From the NCBI GenBank assembly GCA_963717845.1, contig CAVQXH010000004.1, positions 775,257 to 839,256 of the forward strand: 64,000 nt of DNA, written 5' to 3'. The notes under the pieces were generated by a model. That model did not search any database. It was not told the DNA's origin and saw only the letters and a list, made by a program, of their open reading frames with translations. The position numbers were made by a program, and so were the translations under genes. Every line of letters starts with the position of its first letter. The stretch's first letter is position 1. Below are positions 39,659-50,839 of the stretch, in pieces. The DNA comes from an uncultured Actinomycetes bacterium. Lineage in GTDB: Bacteria > Actinomycetota > Thermoleophilia > Gaiellales > JAICJC01.

Positions 39659-40805
39659 CACGAGCCATCTGGAATCGCTCTCGGACGACCGCCAGATGCT
39701 GATCGACGCCGTGCGCACGCTCGCGCGCGAGCGGATCGCGCCCAGGGCGGCCGAGGTCGACCACACCGCCGAGTTCCCGTGGGACGCCGTCGCGCTCATG
39801 CGCGAGAACGACGTCTTCGCGCTCGCCTTCCCCGAGGAGTACGGCGGCACCGGCACCGGCATGCTCACGCACCTGCGCGCGGTCGAGGAGCTCTCGTGGG
39901 CCGACGCCACGGTCGGCCTGGTGCTGGCGGTGCAGGGGCTGGGCGGGCTGCCGGTGCTGCTGGACGGCACCGAGGAGCAGCGCCGCCACTACGTGCCGCG
40001 GTGGGCGAGCGGCGAGTGGATCGCCGCCTACGCGCTCACCGAGCCCGGGGCCGGCTCCGACGCCGCCGCGCTCGCGACCCGGGCCCGCCGCGACGGCTCC
40101 GACTGGGTGCTCGACGGGGTCAAGCGATTCATCACGAACGCCGGCGTCGCCCACACCTACGTCGTCTTCGCCCGCTCCGACGCCGGCATCTGCGCGTTCA
40201 TGGTCGAGGCCGACGACCCCGGCTTCGCCGTCGGCCGGATCGAGCCGAAGATGGGCATCAAGGGATCGACGACCGGAGAGCTCCTGCTCGACTCGTGCCG
40301 GCTGCCCGGCGACCGCCTGATCGGCGCGGAGGGGGCCGGCTTCCGGCTGGCGATGCGGGTGCTCGACCGCTCCCGGCCGGGCATCGCCGCCCAGGCCCTC
40401 GGCATCGGCCAGGCCGCGCTCGACCACGCCGTCCGCTACGCCACCGAGCGGATCGCGTTCGGAAAGCCGATCGCCGACCAGCAGGGGATCCAGTTCATGC
40501 TGGCCGACATGGCGACGGCGCTCGAGGCCGCCCGCGGGCTCGTCCACCGCGTGGGGGCGATGCTCGATGCCGGCGCCGACGGCTCCGAGCTGACCAAGCT
40601 CTCGGCCATGTGCAAGCTGGCCGCCTCCGACGCGGCCATGCGCGTGACCACCGACGCCGTCCAGATCCTGGGCGGCTACGGCTACATCCAGGAGTTCCCG
40701 GTCGAGCGGATGATGCGCGACGCCAAGATCACCCAGATCTACGAGGGCACGAATCAGATCCAGCGGATCGTGATCGCCCGCGAGCTGCTGCGCGAGCTCG
40801 GCTGA
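39651..40805 (+). CDS. Acyl-CoA dehydrogenase
   Basis: ALTEPGAGSD, KRFITN, QILGGYGY, IYEGTNQIQ. Confidence 0.93.
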   Translation: MTDTSHLESLSDDRQMLIDAVRTLARERIAPRAAEVDHTAEFPWDAVALMRENDVFALAFPEEYGGTGTGMLTHLRAVEELSWADATVGLVLAVQGLGGLPVLLDGTEEQRRHYVPRWASGEWIAAYALTEPGAGSDAAALATRARRDGSDWVLDGVKRFITNAGVAHTYVVFARSDAGICAFMVEADDPGFAVGRIEPKMGIKGSTTGELLLDSCRLPGDRLIGAEGAGFRLAMRVLDRSRPGIAAQALGIGQAALDHAVRYATERIAFGKPIADQQGIQFMLADMATALEAARGLVHRVGAMLDAGADGSELTKLSAMCKLAASDAAMRVTTDAVQILGGYGYIQEFPVERMMRDAKITQIYEGTNQIQRIVIARELLRELG

Positions 40806-40811
40806 CCAGGC

Positions 40812-40824
40812 GGGGCCTGGCCCC
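40812..40824. repeat. Family B palindrome GGGGCCTGGCCCC
   Basis: Directly after the acyl-CoA dehydrogenase stop. Confidence 0.75.
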
Positions 40825-40908
40825 GATTTCGGGTGCGTGGCGCCAGCCGTTGCGGAAAAGTTTGACTGCGGGCGGTTGCGGTGGCAGCATCCGTGTGGGC
40901 GATTTGTT

Positions 40909-41391
40909 TTGACCGGGGCACACCATCCAGGTTCCGGCAGGCTGGGCACGATCTCGTTTGCGTTGGTGGCCCTTGCGCTGCTGCTTTCACCTGCTTCCGC
41001 AGCGGGCTCTGCGCAGGTGCCCCGGCCGCTGCCGTTCGGGCAGTGGGTGGCGTTCGACGCCGGTACCGTCGGCACGTTCGACGCGCAGGGGCTGTTCACG
41101 TTTGCGAGCCAGACGCCGGTGCGCCTGCGCGTGACCGACGGCTTCTGCCGCGGCGACCGCTTCCGCGTCCTCGACCACGGCGTCCGCGTGCTGACCACGA
41201 GCGACGTGCCGGTCGACGCCGACTGCGACCGCATGCCGTTTGCGACCACCGGGCCGGAGGGCTGGAACGAGGCCGGCTACAGCCGCGGCCGGCTCACCCT
41301 CGCGCCGGGCCGCCACCGCATCCGCCTGCGCTCGCTGCGCAGCCCGTTCGGTGGCAGCACCGGCTTCATCGAGATCCTGCGCGTTCAGTAG
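40909..41391 (+). CDS. Secreted hypothetical beta-rich protein (start uncertain)
   Basis: Signal-like LVALALLLSPASA; VTDGFCRGDRFRVLD..YSRGRLTLAPGRH. Confidence 0.65.
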   Translation: MTGAHHPGSGRLGTISFALVALALLLSPASAAGSAQVPRPLPFGQWVAFDAGTVGTFDAQGLFTFASQTPVRLRVTDGFCRGDRFRVLDHGVRVLTTSDVPVDADCDRMPFATTGPEGWNEAGYSRGRLTLAPGRHRIRLRSLRSPFGGSTGFIEILRVQ

Positions 41392-41409
41392 CGGCCTTCT
41401 CGCCGCGGC

Positions 41410-42156
41410 TCAGCCGAAGCTCGAGACCTTGATCCAGTCGATCTGCAGGCCCACCTTGCTCGGCGTGCTCGAGTCGGGCAGCGTGCCGGTCTTGCCGTTC
41501 GAGCCCACGTGCGTCTGGATGCCGAGGTGCATGGGCACGTCCGGCACGTGCGAGCCGGTCGTCTCGGCCCAGACGCGGCCGTCGAGGATGTAAAGGAGCT
41601 TCCCCGGCGACCAGTTCACCCCGATGGTGTGCCAGTTCTGGAAATTCGCGTGCACGCGGTGGTGGATCTCGGTGTTGTGAGAGCCGTAGTGCAGGGTCGA
41701 GGTCTCCCAGCGGCGACCGCCGACGATCGAGGACTCCTCGGCGAAATCGACCTCGGGCGGCCAGCCGTGCTTCGGCCACAGGAACATGCACATGCCGACG
41801 CCGCGGCCCTTCGTGATCCGGAACCGCACCCGGTAGCGGCCGTAGGTCTGGTTGAGCGACCTGCCCATCGAGATGCCGGCCGACACCCACTTGCCTCCGT
41901 ACGCGGGATCGCGGTAGTTCTGCAGGCGCAGGATGCCGCCCTTGACGACGACGTGCGACCGCTTCCAGATCGTGTCGGGACAGCAGCGCGGCGTGCCGTT
42001 GTAGCGCGTCCACATGCTGGAGTTGAACCCGTGGCTGAACTTCCCCCAGTAGCGCAGGTGCCACGCGGCGGATGCCTGTGACGGGACGATCAGGGCGAGC
42101 AGCACGACGGCGAGCAGGGCAACGAGCGGGGTACGGCGACGGCTCAAGGCTTCCAT
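41410..42156 (-). CDS. Secreted glycoside hydrolase family 16
   Basis: Signal peptide, YGRYRVR, WPPEVDFAE (ExDxxE). Confidence 0.85.
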   Translation of the reverse strand: MEALSRRRTPLVALLAVVLLALIVPSQASAAWHLRYWGKFSHGFNSSMWTRYNGTPRCCPDTIWKRSHVVVKGGILRLQNYRDPAYGGKWVSAGISMGRSLNQTYGRYRVRFRITKGRGVGMCMFLWPKHGWPPEVDFAEESSIVGGRRWETSTLHYGSHNTEIHHRVHANFQNWHTIGVNWSPGKLLYILDGRVWAETTGSHVPDVPMHLGIQTHVGSNGKTGTLPDSSTPSKVGLQIDWIKVSSFG

Positions 42157-42265
42157 CTCCTTCCTCGGATGGCCTCACCGTTTCGCACCCCGCGGCGCCC
42201 GGTCAAGCACGCCGGCCGCCAATTTACCGAGTTCTTACGCCCGATTCACAACCGGCCAGGACCTG

Positions 42266-43495
42266 TCAAAAATCGAAGCACTCCATCAGGTCGCCGATCG
42301 CACGCACGCCGTCGCGAGGCGGTGCAGGCGGGCCCGTCGCCGCGCCTCCGGCCGCCTCGTTGTTCGGCCCGCCGGGCGTCTGGTGGTCGAAGCGATGGTT
42401 CACCGAGGCCAGCGTCGGCAGGTCGAACACGCGCTCGATGAACTTCAGGATCGACCCGTGCTCGTACACCGTCGGCTCCAGGTGGCGGCGGCGCGCATGC
42501 GGCGAGATCACCCAGGTCGGCACGCGGATGCCGAGGCCGTACGAGTCGACCTGCGGCGGCGCCACGTGGTCGAAATAGCCGCCGTGCTCGTCGTAGGTGA
42601 GGATGTAGGCCGAGCGCTGCCACTGCGGCGAGCCCATGAGCGCCCGGATCATCTGCCGCTGGATCCCCATCCCGACCGTGACGTCGGCGGGCGGGTGCTC
42701 GTCGATCCCGAGCGTGAAGCTCGGGATCAGGAACGACACGTTCGGGAGCGTCCCCCGGCGGGTGTCGCGCAGGTAGTCGTGCGTGCTCGCCCGGGTGCGA
42801 TGGTCGTGGGCGAAGCGCTTGAAGAACACGAACACGTTGTCGCTGTCGCCCGCCGGCACGTTGTCGAACGCGCCCAGGTTGTAGATCTTCCACGAGACCC
42901 CGGCGTCCTCGAGCAGGTCGAGGATGCAGGGCCAGTCGAGCACGCCGAAGCCCCAGATGCCGTTCGTCGTGATCCCGCCGGATGTGCCTGACGCCAGGTA
43001 GAAGCGGTTCGGGTAGGTGGGGCCGAGCACCGAGCAGAAGTAGTTCACGCACAGCGTGAAGTGGTCGTGCAGGCCGTAGTAGAAGGGCAGCGTGCTGCCG
43101 GTGTAGTAGCCCATGCAGTCGATGCCGTCGGTCGTGAAGAACCCGTCCATCGCGCCGCCGTTCCACTCCGAGTGGACGTCGCTCCAGGCGTGGCCGATGT
43201 CGGGCGTGGCCGGGCTCGTGAACGCGAACGGCGCGACCGTGCCGCCGCTGCCGTCGGGCTGGGAGTAGCCGGCGGGGACGCCGTGCGAGCCGACGAAGGG
43301 CGCAAAGCCGTAGTAGTGGTCGAACGAGCGGTTCTCCTGGCAGTCGATCACGATGTGGTCGATCGGCGGCCGCCGCCGGCCCCGGCTGCGCGTCGCGGCC
43401 GATGCGGCGATCGGGCCGCCCAGCCCCATCGCCCCCGCGAGCGCCGCTCCGCGGCCGAGCACTCCGCGCCGTGTGGCAGTCCAGGTGGTGGTCAT
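42266..43495 (-). CDS. Tat-exported phospholipase C/phosphoesterase
   Basis: [33 protein letters not shown]. Confidence 0.9.
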   Translation of the reverse strand: MTTTWTATRRGVLGRGAALAGAMGLGGPIAASAATRSRGRRRPPIDHIVIDCQENRSFDHYYGFAPFVGSHGVPAGYSQPDGSGGTVAPFAFTSPATPDIGHAWSDVHSEWNGGAMDGFFTTDGIDCMGYYTGSTLPFYYGLHDHFTLCVNYFCSVLGPTYPNRFYLASGTSGGITTNGIWGFGVLDWPCILDLLEDAGVSWKIYNLGAFDNVPAGDSDNVFVFFKRFAHDHRTRASTHDYLRDTRRGTLPNVSFLIPSFTLGIDEHPPADVTVGMGIQRQMIRALMGSPQWQRSAYILTYDEHGGYFDHVAPPQVDSYGLGIRVPTWVISPHARRRHLEPTVYEHGSILKFIERVFDLPTLASVNHRFDHQTPGGPNNEAAGGAATGPPAPPRDGVRAIGDLMECFDF

Positions 43496-43611
43496 GCCTC
43501 CTCCTCCTTCGGTGCCTGCGGTGTCGGGGCAGATCTATCGCAGCGCCCCGGCCGCGAGGGCGGTCTTGACCGAACGCTCACGGTTCCGTATCCGTCTTCT
43601 CACACCACCTC

Positions 43612-43851
43612 ATGCTCTGGTCGAGGGATGGGACAGCGGCTAGGCTACGGCGCGTGCGGCGCGTCCTCAGCAGCCACATCACGGCCCTGGCGGTGCTTCT
43701 GTGCCTGCAGGCGGCGGCCGGGATGCTGGCGGTGCGGCGCGATCCGGTCGACCGCTTCCGGGCCGCCTGCGTCACGGGCCTCGTGTGGGAGTCGCTGCGC
43801 CGGCTCGACCGGCGCCCGCCCGTGCGGCTCAGGAAGGCGTACCGAAGCTGA
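43612..43851 (+). CDS. Possible small hypothetical protein
   Basis: 79-aa ORF with one hydrophobic stretch filling an otherwise empty gap. Confidence 0.3.
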   Translation: MLWSRDGTAARLRRVRRVLSSHITALAVLLCLQAAAGMLAVRRDPVDRFRAACVTGLVWESLRRLDRRPPVRLRKAYRS

Positions 43852-44503
43852 CCAGGGTGGTGCCGCGGCAGGCGTAGCGGAAGGTGCGCTCGCCCGCCGT
43901 GATCGTGCCCGTGGAGCCCTCGCCGGGCGCGACCCAGGCGCTGCCCGCCGAGGTGCCGGTGCCACCGCCCCACCAGGCCCGCTCCGACTCGGTGATGGTG
44001 CCCGGCTCGCAGCGCACGAGCGGCGGCTGCGTGCTCACGATCGCCACGGCCACGAGGCCCGCGCCGAGCGGCACCCCGCAGAGCAGCGCGAGCCCCCACT
44101 CGCGCGGGCGGGCGCCGCGCAGCATCGGCACGATGGCGAAGCCGGCGACGACGGCCACGGGCAAAAGCAGCAGGCCGATGCTGAGCACCGTCGCCAGGCC
44201 GGCCACCGCCAGGCCGGCCACGAGCGCGACCATGACGGCGATGCGGGGCCGGGGCACGAGCGTCATCCCGATCGCGGCCAGCGTCGCGACCGCGCCGGCG
44301 GCGACGACGGTGATCACCGCGGCGCGGGGCAGCTGGTAGACGGCGTGGCGCGAGTGCGCGATCGTCACCGCCACCCGCAGCTCGAGCAGCGTGATCAGCG
44401 CGGCCGCCACCACGATCACGGGTAGCCGCCGCCGCCAGCTCCAACCCACATGGCCCAGGGCGCTCGCAGCCGTCACGTGTCGTAGCTTACGTCCGGGCCC
44501 CAC
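43829..44503 (-). CDS. Hypothetical membrane protein
   Basis: Several TM segments followed by a short extracytoplasmic tail with two Cys. Confidence 0.65.
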   Translation of the reverse strand: MGPGRKLRHVTAASALGHVGWSWRRRLPVIVVAAALITLLELRVAVTIAHSRHAVYQLPRAAVITVVAAGAVATLAAIGMTLVPRPRIAVMVALVAGLAVAGLATVLSIGLLLLPVAVVAGFAIVPMLRGARPREWGLALLCGVPLGAGLVAVAIVSTQPPLVRCEPGTITESERAWWGGGTGTSAGSAWVAPGEGSTGTITAGERTFRYACRGTTLVSFGTPS

Positions 44504-44531
44504 CTGGGCGGGGCCCGGACGCAGCTCCTCG

Positions 44532-46659
44532 CTATCCGACCTTGAGCGTGTGCACCGGCGACACGCCCGGGCGGTGGCCCTGCTCGCCGACGTAGACGGC
44601 GTGCCACACGAACTTGTGGCCGAGCTGCGCCTTCGTCAGCTTCTTGGCCCAGCTGCCCTTGCGGCCGGTGTGCAGGCGGATGAACACCGGCGTCGACGAC
44701 CTGCCGATGAAGCCCTCGATCCACACGACCCGGCCGCCGAGGGCGGTGTGGGAGGTGGTGTCGGTGAGCTTGCCCGACAGGATCGTGGGATGGCCGGCCG
44801 TGACCGGGTTGACGCTCGCGGACGCCGTGATCTTGGTGCCGTGGATGTGCACCGCCGACCGGGTGTAGTTGCCGAGGTCGGTCGCCATCTGCTGCGACGT
44901 CGACCGAGCCGAGGCCGCTGGCCAGGTCGTAGCCGGCGCCGGCGGTGTAGATCGATCCGCCGAGGATGTTGTTCGTTGCCGATCGTGACGTCGTGGAACA
45001 TCGGCCGGTCGACCGCGAACTCGTGGTACAGGAACGGATCGGCGAAGCCCATCCGCATGCCGCCGTTGCGCAGGCTGAAGTGGTTCGCGTCGGCCGTGAA
45101 GGCGGCCATGAGCGGCGCCGCCGCCGACGTGCCGCCGACGATCGTCCAGCCCGGCGATCCGCACAGCTGGCCGTCGAGCAGTTGATCACGTAGCCGGTGG
45201 TCGGGTCGGCGTCGAAGGCGACGTCCGGCACCTCGCGGCAGAAGCGGGTCTTGCCGCCGCACTTCGTCTTGCTCGACTGGCCGGTGCGGATCACGCCCGG
45301 CCCCTTCTGCCAGCTCGGCATCGTGAACGAGAGCGACACGCCGCCGCCACCGCCGCCGTTGGCGGCGCTGTGGCCGCCCCACACGCGTCTCGGTGTGCGC
45401 CGGGGCTGGCGTCGAGGTTGGTGCCGCCGACGCCGGTGGCGTACGGCTGCACGGCCGGGTCGTCGACCTCGGGGCCGTTGATGCCGAGGCTGCGACGGCA
45501 GTCCGACGAGCCGTCGTCGCCGGAGGCGGCGTAGAACGACATGCCGGCCACCGCCATCAGCTGCAGCTCGCGGTTGTTGGCGGCCTGGTCGGCCTCGAGC
45601 AGCATCGAGCTCGCAGTTGCCCCAGCTGTCCGAGACGATGTGCACGCCCTCGCTCACGTGGTGCGTGTAGATCGAGTCGAGCACCGCCGCCATCGACGAG
45701 GACTGCGGCGCGATGAACGTGTAGATGTGGTTCAGGCCCGGGCGCCATCGCCGGCCAGCACCTCCTGGTCGAGCGCGACCTCGATCGCCGCCGGCGGTCG
45801 AGTCGGTGCCGCCGTTGACCTTGACCCGGGTGACCGGCGTCGGGAGTGCCGTAGCACGTCTTGTACGTGGCGATGTCGCCGTTGCGCGTAGTTCGAGAAC
45901 TCGACCAGCGCGACGCTCTCGCCCGTGCCGTCGTCGCCGACCGTCCAGAGCGGCGAGAGTTGTAGCCGTTCGCGCCGGCGAGGTCTGCGCGGGCTGCAGG
46001 CTGCCGCCGGTTGCGCGTTGGCTGGGCCCCGTCAGCACGGCGGGCCCGGCGAGATCTGCGGCTTGTGGCCGTCCGCCGTGTGGTGCACCTTGTGCAGCCC
46101 CAGCGGCCGCATCAGCGGCAGCGTCGAGAGCCCGGTGACCGTGATCACGCGCGACGCCAGCGCCGGCGGCAGGTGGATCGCCCCCGAGGGCGCCCGGTAG
46201 CTCGTGCCGTCGGCCAGCCGGTAGTGGTTGAGCGCGACGCCGAAGGCCTGCTCGGCCTGGGCGGCGCTGCCGGTGAACGACATCGTCAGCATGCCGTTTC
46301 CGGCGCTCTGGAAGCCGTGTGCGCGCATGTAGGCCGTCACCTGGGCACGCGCGAAGGGGTTGGGCCGGAAGAGGCCCGTCATCACCCGCTGCGACAGGCC
46401 GGGGCGGCCGCTCGAGTGCGCCGCCAGGCGGGCCAGGAGCGCCCGGTGCGCCGGCTGCAGGACGAGCGAGACGCGCACCGCGCGCCGCGGGCGACGTGCG
46501 CCCGACCAGCGCCGAGTGCGCCACCGACGGCAGCACCGAGCCGTGCAGGGCCACCGTGGGCGCCTGCAGGTGGGTCGTGGTGGCCGTGGCCGGCTGGGCC
46601 GCGGCCAGGGCCGCGATGGCCGTGGCCAGGGCGATCATCTTCACGTTCGCGCGCACATG
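44532..46659 (-). CDS. S53 sedolisin/kumamolisin-family protease with prodomain, multiple apparent frameshifts
   Basis: Signal peptide, prodomain QAEQAFGV, SDSWG, AASGDDGS, TGVGGT, VPDVAFDAD, GGTSAAAP distributed over different frames. Confidence 0.8.
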
Positions 46660-46731
46660 AAGCTCCAATAATCGGGGGTGGGCGTCGTCAGGATAAACGC
46701 TTCCGGCGACAGCGCAAATACCGAGTTCGGC

Positions 46732-47856
46732 TTACGCCTCGGCGAAGAGGTGGCGGCTGACGGCGGCAAGCCCCTCGAGGTCGTGCACGTCGTGCTCGAG
46801 CAGCGGCACCTCGACGACCGCGTCCGCGCCCATGCGCTCCTCGAGGTGCTCGATGTTCGCCCGGTCGCGATCGGCCAGAGCCTGGAAGTGCAGCAGGTTC
46901 TCGGCCGCGCGGGCGGCGGCCGGCTCGGGCACGCCGGCCTCGTGCAGCGCCCGCCGCGCCCGGGCGCCGATGCCCCTGCGCCCGCCGCCGACGTAGCTCG
47001 GGTGCACCTTGTTCATGACGACCCCGCCGAACGGCAGGTCGCGCTCGCGCAGCGCCCGCCAGAAGAAGTCGGCCTCGGTGATCGGCTCGGGCAGCGGGAC
47101 GGTCACGAGCAGGAAGGTGGTCTCGGGCGAGGCCAGCAGCCGCGAGACCTCGTCGGCGCGGCGCTGGAAGCCCTCGTACATGCCCTCGAAGCTCGCCAGG
47201 AACTCCGACAGGTCGGCCAGGAACGTGACCCCGGTCAGCCGCTCGACCGCGCCGAGCGCCATGTTCGGGCCGGCGCCGAACATGCGCATGCCGAGCATCC
47301 CGGCCCGCACTCCGGGGCGCACGAGCAGCCGCAGCGCCCGCCCGTCGACGAACCGGGTCACCCGCCCCGGCGCCTCGAGGAAGTCGAGCGCATGCCGCGA
47401 CGGCGGCGTGTCGAGCACGATCAGGTCGAACCGCCCGCTCGCCCACACCTCGTAGAGGCGCTCCATCGCCATGTACTCGTGCGAGCCGGCCACCGCCCCG
47501 GCGAGCTGCTGGTAGATCGGGTTGCGCAGGATGCGGTCGGCCGCCGCCTGCGACGGCGCCTGCTCCTGCACGAGCGCGTCGAAGGTGCGCTGCGCGTCGA
47601 GCATGGCCGCGTGCAGCGTGCCCGTGCCGGCCATGCCGTGAGCGGCCAGGTCGACCTCGTGCTCGTCGTCGTCGGTCTCGGGCAGGCCGAGCGCGCCGGC
47701 CAGGCGCCGGGCCGGGTCGATCGTGAGCACGAGCACGCGCCGGCCGCGCTGCGCCATCCCGGCCGCGAGCGCCGCCGCGGTGGTCGTCTTGCCGACGCCG
47801 CCGGCTCCGGCGCACACCGCCACCTTCGTGTCCTCCATGAGCTGCGCCAGGTTCAC
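46732..47856 (-). CDS. ArsA/Get3-like ATPase (Rv3680-like)
   Basis: GAGGVGKTT, TIDPARRLA, DTPP. Confidence 0.88.
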   Translation of the reverse strand: MNLAQLMEDTKVAVCAGAGGVGKTTTAAALAAGMAQRGRRVLVLTIDPARRLAGALGLPETDDDEHEVDLAAHGMAGTGTLHAAMLDAQRTFDALVQEQAPSQAAADRILRNPIYQQLAGAVAGSHEYMAMERLYEVWASGRFDLIVLDTPPSRHALDFLEAPGRVTRFVDGRALRLLVRPGVRAGMLGMRMFGAGPNMALGAVERLTGVTFLADLSEFLASFEGMYEGFQRRADEVSRLLASPETTFLLVTVPLPEPITEADFFWRALRERDLPFGGVVMNKVHPSYVGGGRRGIGARARRALHEAGVPEPAAARAAENLLHFQALADRDRANIEHLEERMGADAVVEVPLLEHDVHDLEGLAAVSRHLFAEA

Positions 47857-48737
47857 AGGCCGGCCAGCCTCTCGCCGAGCACGGCCACGGCAGTCGTGTC
47901 GAGTCGCGGCGCGAACAGGAACGGCAATTCGGCCAGGCAGGGCCGCACCCGTTCGAGCTGCTCGCGCTGGTCGGCGGTGCGGCCGATGCGGTCACGCGCT
48001 GCCGCTGCCGCGGCTGCGGCGGCGCCGGTGCCGCGGACGGGGGCGAGCGCCTCGGCGTCGGCGGCGTCGAAGAGCGGCTCGTAGACCGCGTTTGCGACCA
48101 CCCCGGCCAGCGGCACGGCGTGGTCTGCGATGTCGGCGATCGCCTCGAGCGTCTCGGTCACCGGCAGCTCCTCGGGCGTCGTCACGAGCACGACAGCGGT
48201 CTGGGCGGGGTCCTCGAGCAGCTCGGCCACCCAGGTCGCACGGGTGTGCACCGGCCCGACGCGCGCGACCCGCGTGAACGTTCGCGGCACCTTCAGGAAC
48301 CCCAGGCCGTGGCCGGTGGCGGGCGCGTCGACGACCACGAAGTCGTGGCGGCCCTGCTCGAGCAGCTGGCGGATCTTCGCGAGCGTGACCAGCTCGCGCA
48401 GGCCCGGGGCGGCGGCGGTGACGTGGCCGAACGCGCGGTTCTCGACCAGCCGCTCGACCACCATGCGCACCTTGAGCTGCGAGACGAGGTACTCCTCGAG
48501 CGCCTTCTGCGGGTCGATCGAGAACGCGTCGAGGCCGGGGTAGACCGGCGTCGCGTGGTAGCCGATCGGGCCGCCCTGGTCGAACAGGAGCGACATCCGC
48601 TCCTGCGAGGCGACCTCGGTCAGGAGCGTGCGCAGCCCGTGGCCCGCGGCCGCCATGCCGATCGCCGCCGAGACGGTCGACTTGCCCACCCCGCCCTTGC
48701 CCGACACGATCACCAGTCGCTTGGAGTAGAGCGACAC
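47853..48737 (-). CDS. ArsA/Get3-like ATPase (Rv3679-like)
   Basis: SGKGGVGKS, APGLRE, DAPATGH, PEELPVTET. Confidence 0.88.
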   Translation of the reverse strand: MSLYSKRLVIVSGKGGVGKSTVSAAIGMAAAGHGLRTLLTEVASQERMSLLFDQGGPIGYHATPVYPGLDAFSIDPQKALEEYLVSQLKVRMVVERLVENRAFGHVTAAAPGLRELVTLAKIRQLLEQGRHDFVVVDAPATGHGLGFLKVPRTFTRVARVGPVHTRATWVAELLEDPAQTAVVLVTTPEELPVTETLEAIADIADHAVPLAGVVANAVYEPLFDAADAEALAPVRGTGAAAAAAAAARDRIGRTADQREQLERVRPCLAELPFLFAPRLDTTAVAVLGERLAGL

Positions 48738-48751
48738 GCGGCGAGGATAAC

Positions 48752-48821
48752 CGAGAAGCGGGGCCAGGCCCCATGCTCGCCGACAAGCGGGGACAGTCCC
48801 CGACAACCGGGGACAGTCCCC
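48752..48821. repeat. Family B cluster (one GGGGCCAGGCCCC, two GGGGACAGTCCCC)
   Basis: Units at 48760, 48789 and 48809. Confidence 0.88.
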
Positions 48822-48844
48822 AGTCGCGGCATACGCTTCACGAT

Positions 48845-49993
48845 GTGTCCGAGAACGCCGATCCGCTGCGCCAGGCCGAGGCCCACCGCTACCAGCGCGC
48901 CCGCCGCCGGCTCGGGCTGGCCTCGAACGTCGCCGAGCTCGCCATGCTGGTCGCGATCGTCGCGCTGACGGGGACGATCGGAGGCCGCTGGGCGGTCGTG
49001 CTGCTCGTGGTGGGGACGTTCGTGCTGGGCCTGCCGTTCGGCTACGCCGGCTACCGGCTTTCGCGCGCCTACGGCCTCTCTCGGCAGACGCCGGCCGGTT
49101 GGGCGGCCGACCGGGCGAAGGGGGCCGGCGTCGGTCTCGTGCTCGGGGCGGTGGCCGCCGCAGGCCTGATCGGCATCCAGCGGGCCGCAGGAGCCTGGTG
49201 GCCGCTGCCCGCCTGGATCGCGATCGTCGCGTTCAGCGCGCTTCTGGCGGCGCTCTGGCCCGTGCTGCTGCTGCCGCTCTTCCTGCGCAGCGAGCCGATG
49301 GCCGGCGGGGCGCTCGCGGACGAGCTGTGGCAGACGGCGGAGCGCGCCCACGTGCACGTGCGCGAGCTGCGGCTGCTGAAGATGGGCGAGAAGACCGCGG
49401 CCGCAAACGCGATGGTGGCGGGCCTCGGGCCGACGGTGAAGATCTACGTGTCCGACACGCTCGCCGAGCCCGAGGACGGTGAGGACGAGGCCGGCGCGCT
49501 CGCGCGGACACGGGTCGTGCTCGCCCACGAGCTCGGCCACCACGTGCACCACGACCTCTGGCGCCTTCTGACCGTCTCGGTGGCGACGCTCGGCGTGGGC
49601 ATCGCCGGCGCCTGGGCGGCGATCGAGGCGTTCGCGCCGCACGGCGCCGGCCACCTGTCGACGCTGCCGGCCGCCGTGCTCGGGTTCTCGCTGGCGTCGG
49701 CGGTCGTCTCGCCGCTCGCGGCCGCGTACTCGCGCCGGCGCGAGCGGGCGGCCGACGCGTACGCCGCGGCGCTCGCGGGCGAGGGGGAGACGTTTGCCCG
49801 GGCGATGGAGCGGCTCGTCGCCCGCAACCTCAGCGAGCTCGAGCCGCCCCGGCTGTATCACCTGCTGACGTCGTCGCACCCGACGCCGGCGGAGCGGATC
49901 GCGCGTCGCCCGCTCCGGCGGGCATGTTGCCGCCGCCTGAAAACGCGGCCGGGCGGGCAGGATTACACTTGTTCCAGGCGAACTGCGGCCTGA
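48845..49993 (+). CDS. M48 (Ste24/HtpX-like) membrane metalloprotease
   Basis: ANAMVAG, AHELGH, ERAAD, SHP; 3' end possibly frameshifted. Confidence 0.85.
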   Translation: MSENADPLRQAEAHRYQRARRRLGLASNVAELAMLVAIVALTGTIGGRWAVVLLVVGTFVLGLPFGYAGYRLSRAYGLSRQTPAGWAADRAKGAGVGLVLGAVAAAGLIGIQRAAGAWWPLPAWIAIVAFSALLAALWPVLLLPLFLRSEPMAGGALADELWQTAERAHVHVRELRLLKMGEKTAAANAMVAGLGPTVKIYVSDTLAEPEDGEDEAGALARTRVVLAHELGHHVHHDLWRLLTVSVATLGVGIAGAWAAIEAFAPHGAGHLSTLPAAVLGFSLASAVVSPLAAAYSRRRERAADAYAAALAGEGETFARAMERLVARNLSELEPPRLYHLLTSSHPTPAERIARRPLRRACCRRLKTRPGGQDYTCSRRTAA

Positions 49994-49999
49994 TGCGAA

Positions 50000-50839
50000 A
50001 TGCAACACTCCCAAACTCTCCCGTTCCTGAGCCGAATCCCGCCCGGCGGCTGCGTGCCGTCGAAGGAGCCGAACCTTTGGGCTCAGGTAATCGCCTTCGC
50101 GAACCAGAAGGGCGGCGTGGCCAAGACCACGACCACCCTCAACCTCGGCGTCGCGCTGGCAGAGCGTGGAAAGCGCGTGCTGACGGTCGACCTCGACCCG
50201 CAGAGCAACCTGACCATGAGCCAGGGCATCGATCCCGAGGACCTCGAGAAGTCGATGTTCGACGTGCTGGTGCACAAGACGCCGATGGAGGAGATCATCG
50301 CGACCTGCGAGGTCGACCTGGCGGTGTCGAGCATCGACCTGGCCGGCGCCGAGCTGGCGATGTCGTCGATGATCGGCCGCGAGCGGGCGCTGCAGAAGGC
50401 GATTCTGCCCGTGCGCTCGGTCTACGACTACATCCTGATCGACACGCCGCCGTCGCTCGGCCTGCTCACGATCAACGCGCTCACGGCCGCCGACGGCGTG
50501 ATCGTGCCGGTGCAGTGCGAGTACCTGTCGCTGCGCGGGCTGATCCAGCTCGAGAACACGCTTGCGATGATCCGTGAGAACCTGAACCCGGATGTGCGCA
50601 TCAAGGGCATCCTGCCGACGATGTTCGACGCCCGCACGCTGCACGCGCGCGAGGCGGTCGAGATCCTGCAGGAGAACTTCGGCACGCTGGTCTTCGACAC
50701 CCGGATCAAGAAGACGGTGCGCTACGCTGAGGCGCCGGTGAAGGGTACGTCGGTGCTCAAGTACGACTCCAACGGGAACGCGGCCAGGGCGTACCGCGAT
50801 CTGGCCGGGGAGGTGCTTCGCAATGGCAAAGCGCCATAG
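50000..50839 (+). CDS. parA: ParA/Soj family ATPase (true start probably near 50077)
   Basis: [33 protein letters not shown]; AAGGAG precedes an out-of-frame TTG at 50077. Confidence 0.9.
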   Translation: MQHSQTLPFLSRIPPGGCVPSKEPNLWAQVIAFANQKGGVAKTTTTLNLGVALAERGKRVLTVDLDPQSNLTMSQGIDPEDLEKSMFDVLVHKTPMEEIIATCEVDLAVSSIDLAGAELAMSSMIGRERALQKAILPVRSVYDYILIDTPPSLGLLTINALTAADGVIVPVQCEYLSLRGLIQLENTLAMIRENLNPDVRIKGILPTMFDARTLHAREAVEILQENFGTLVFDTRIKKTVRYAEAPVKGTSVLKYDSNGNAARAYRDLAGEVLRNGKAP

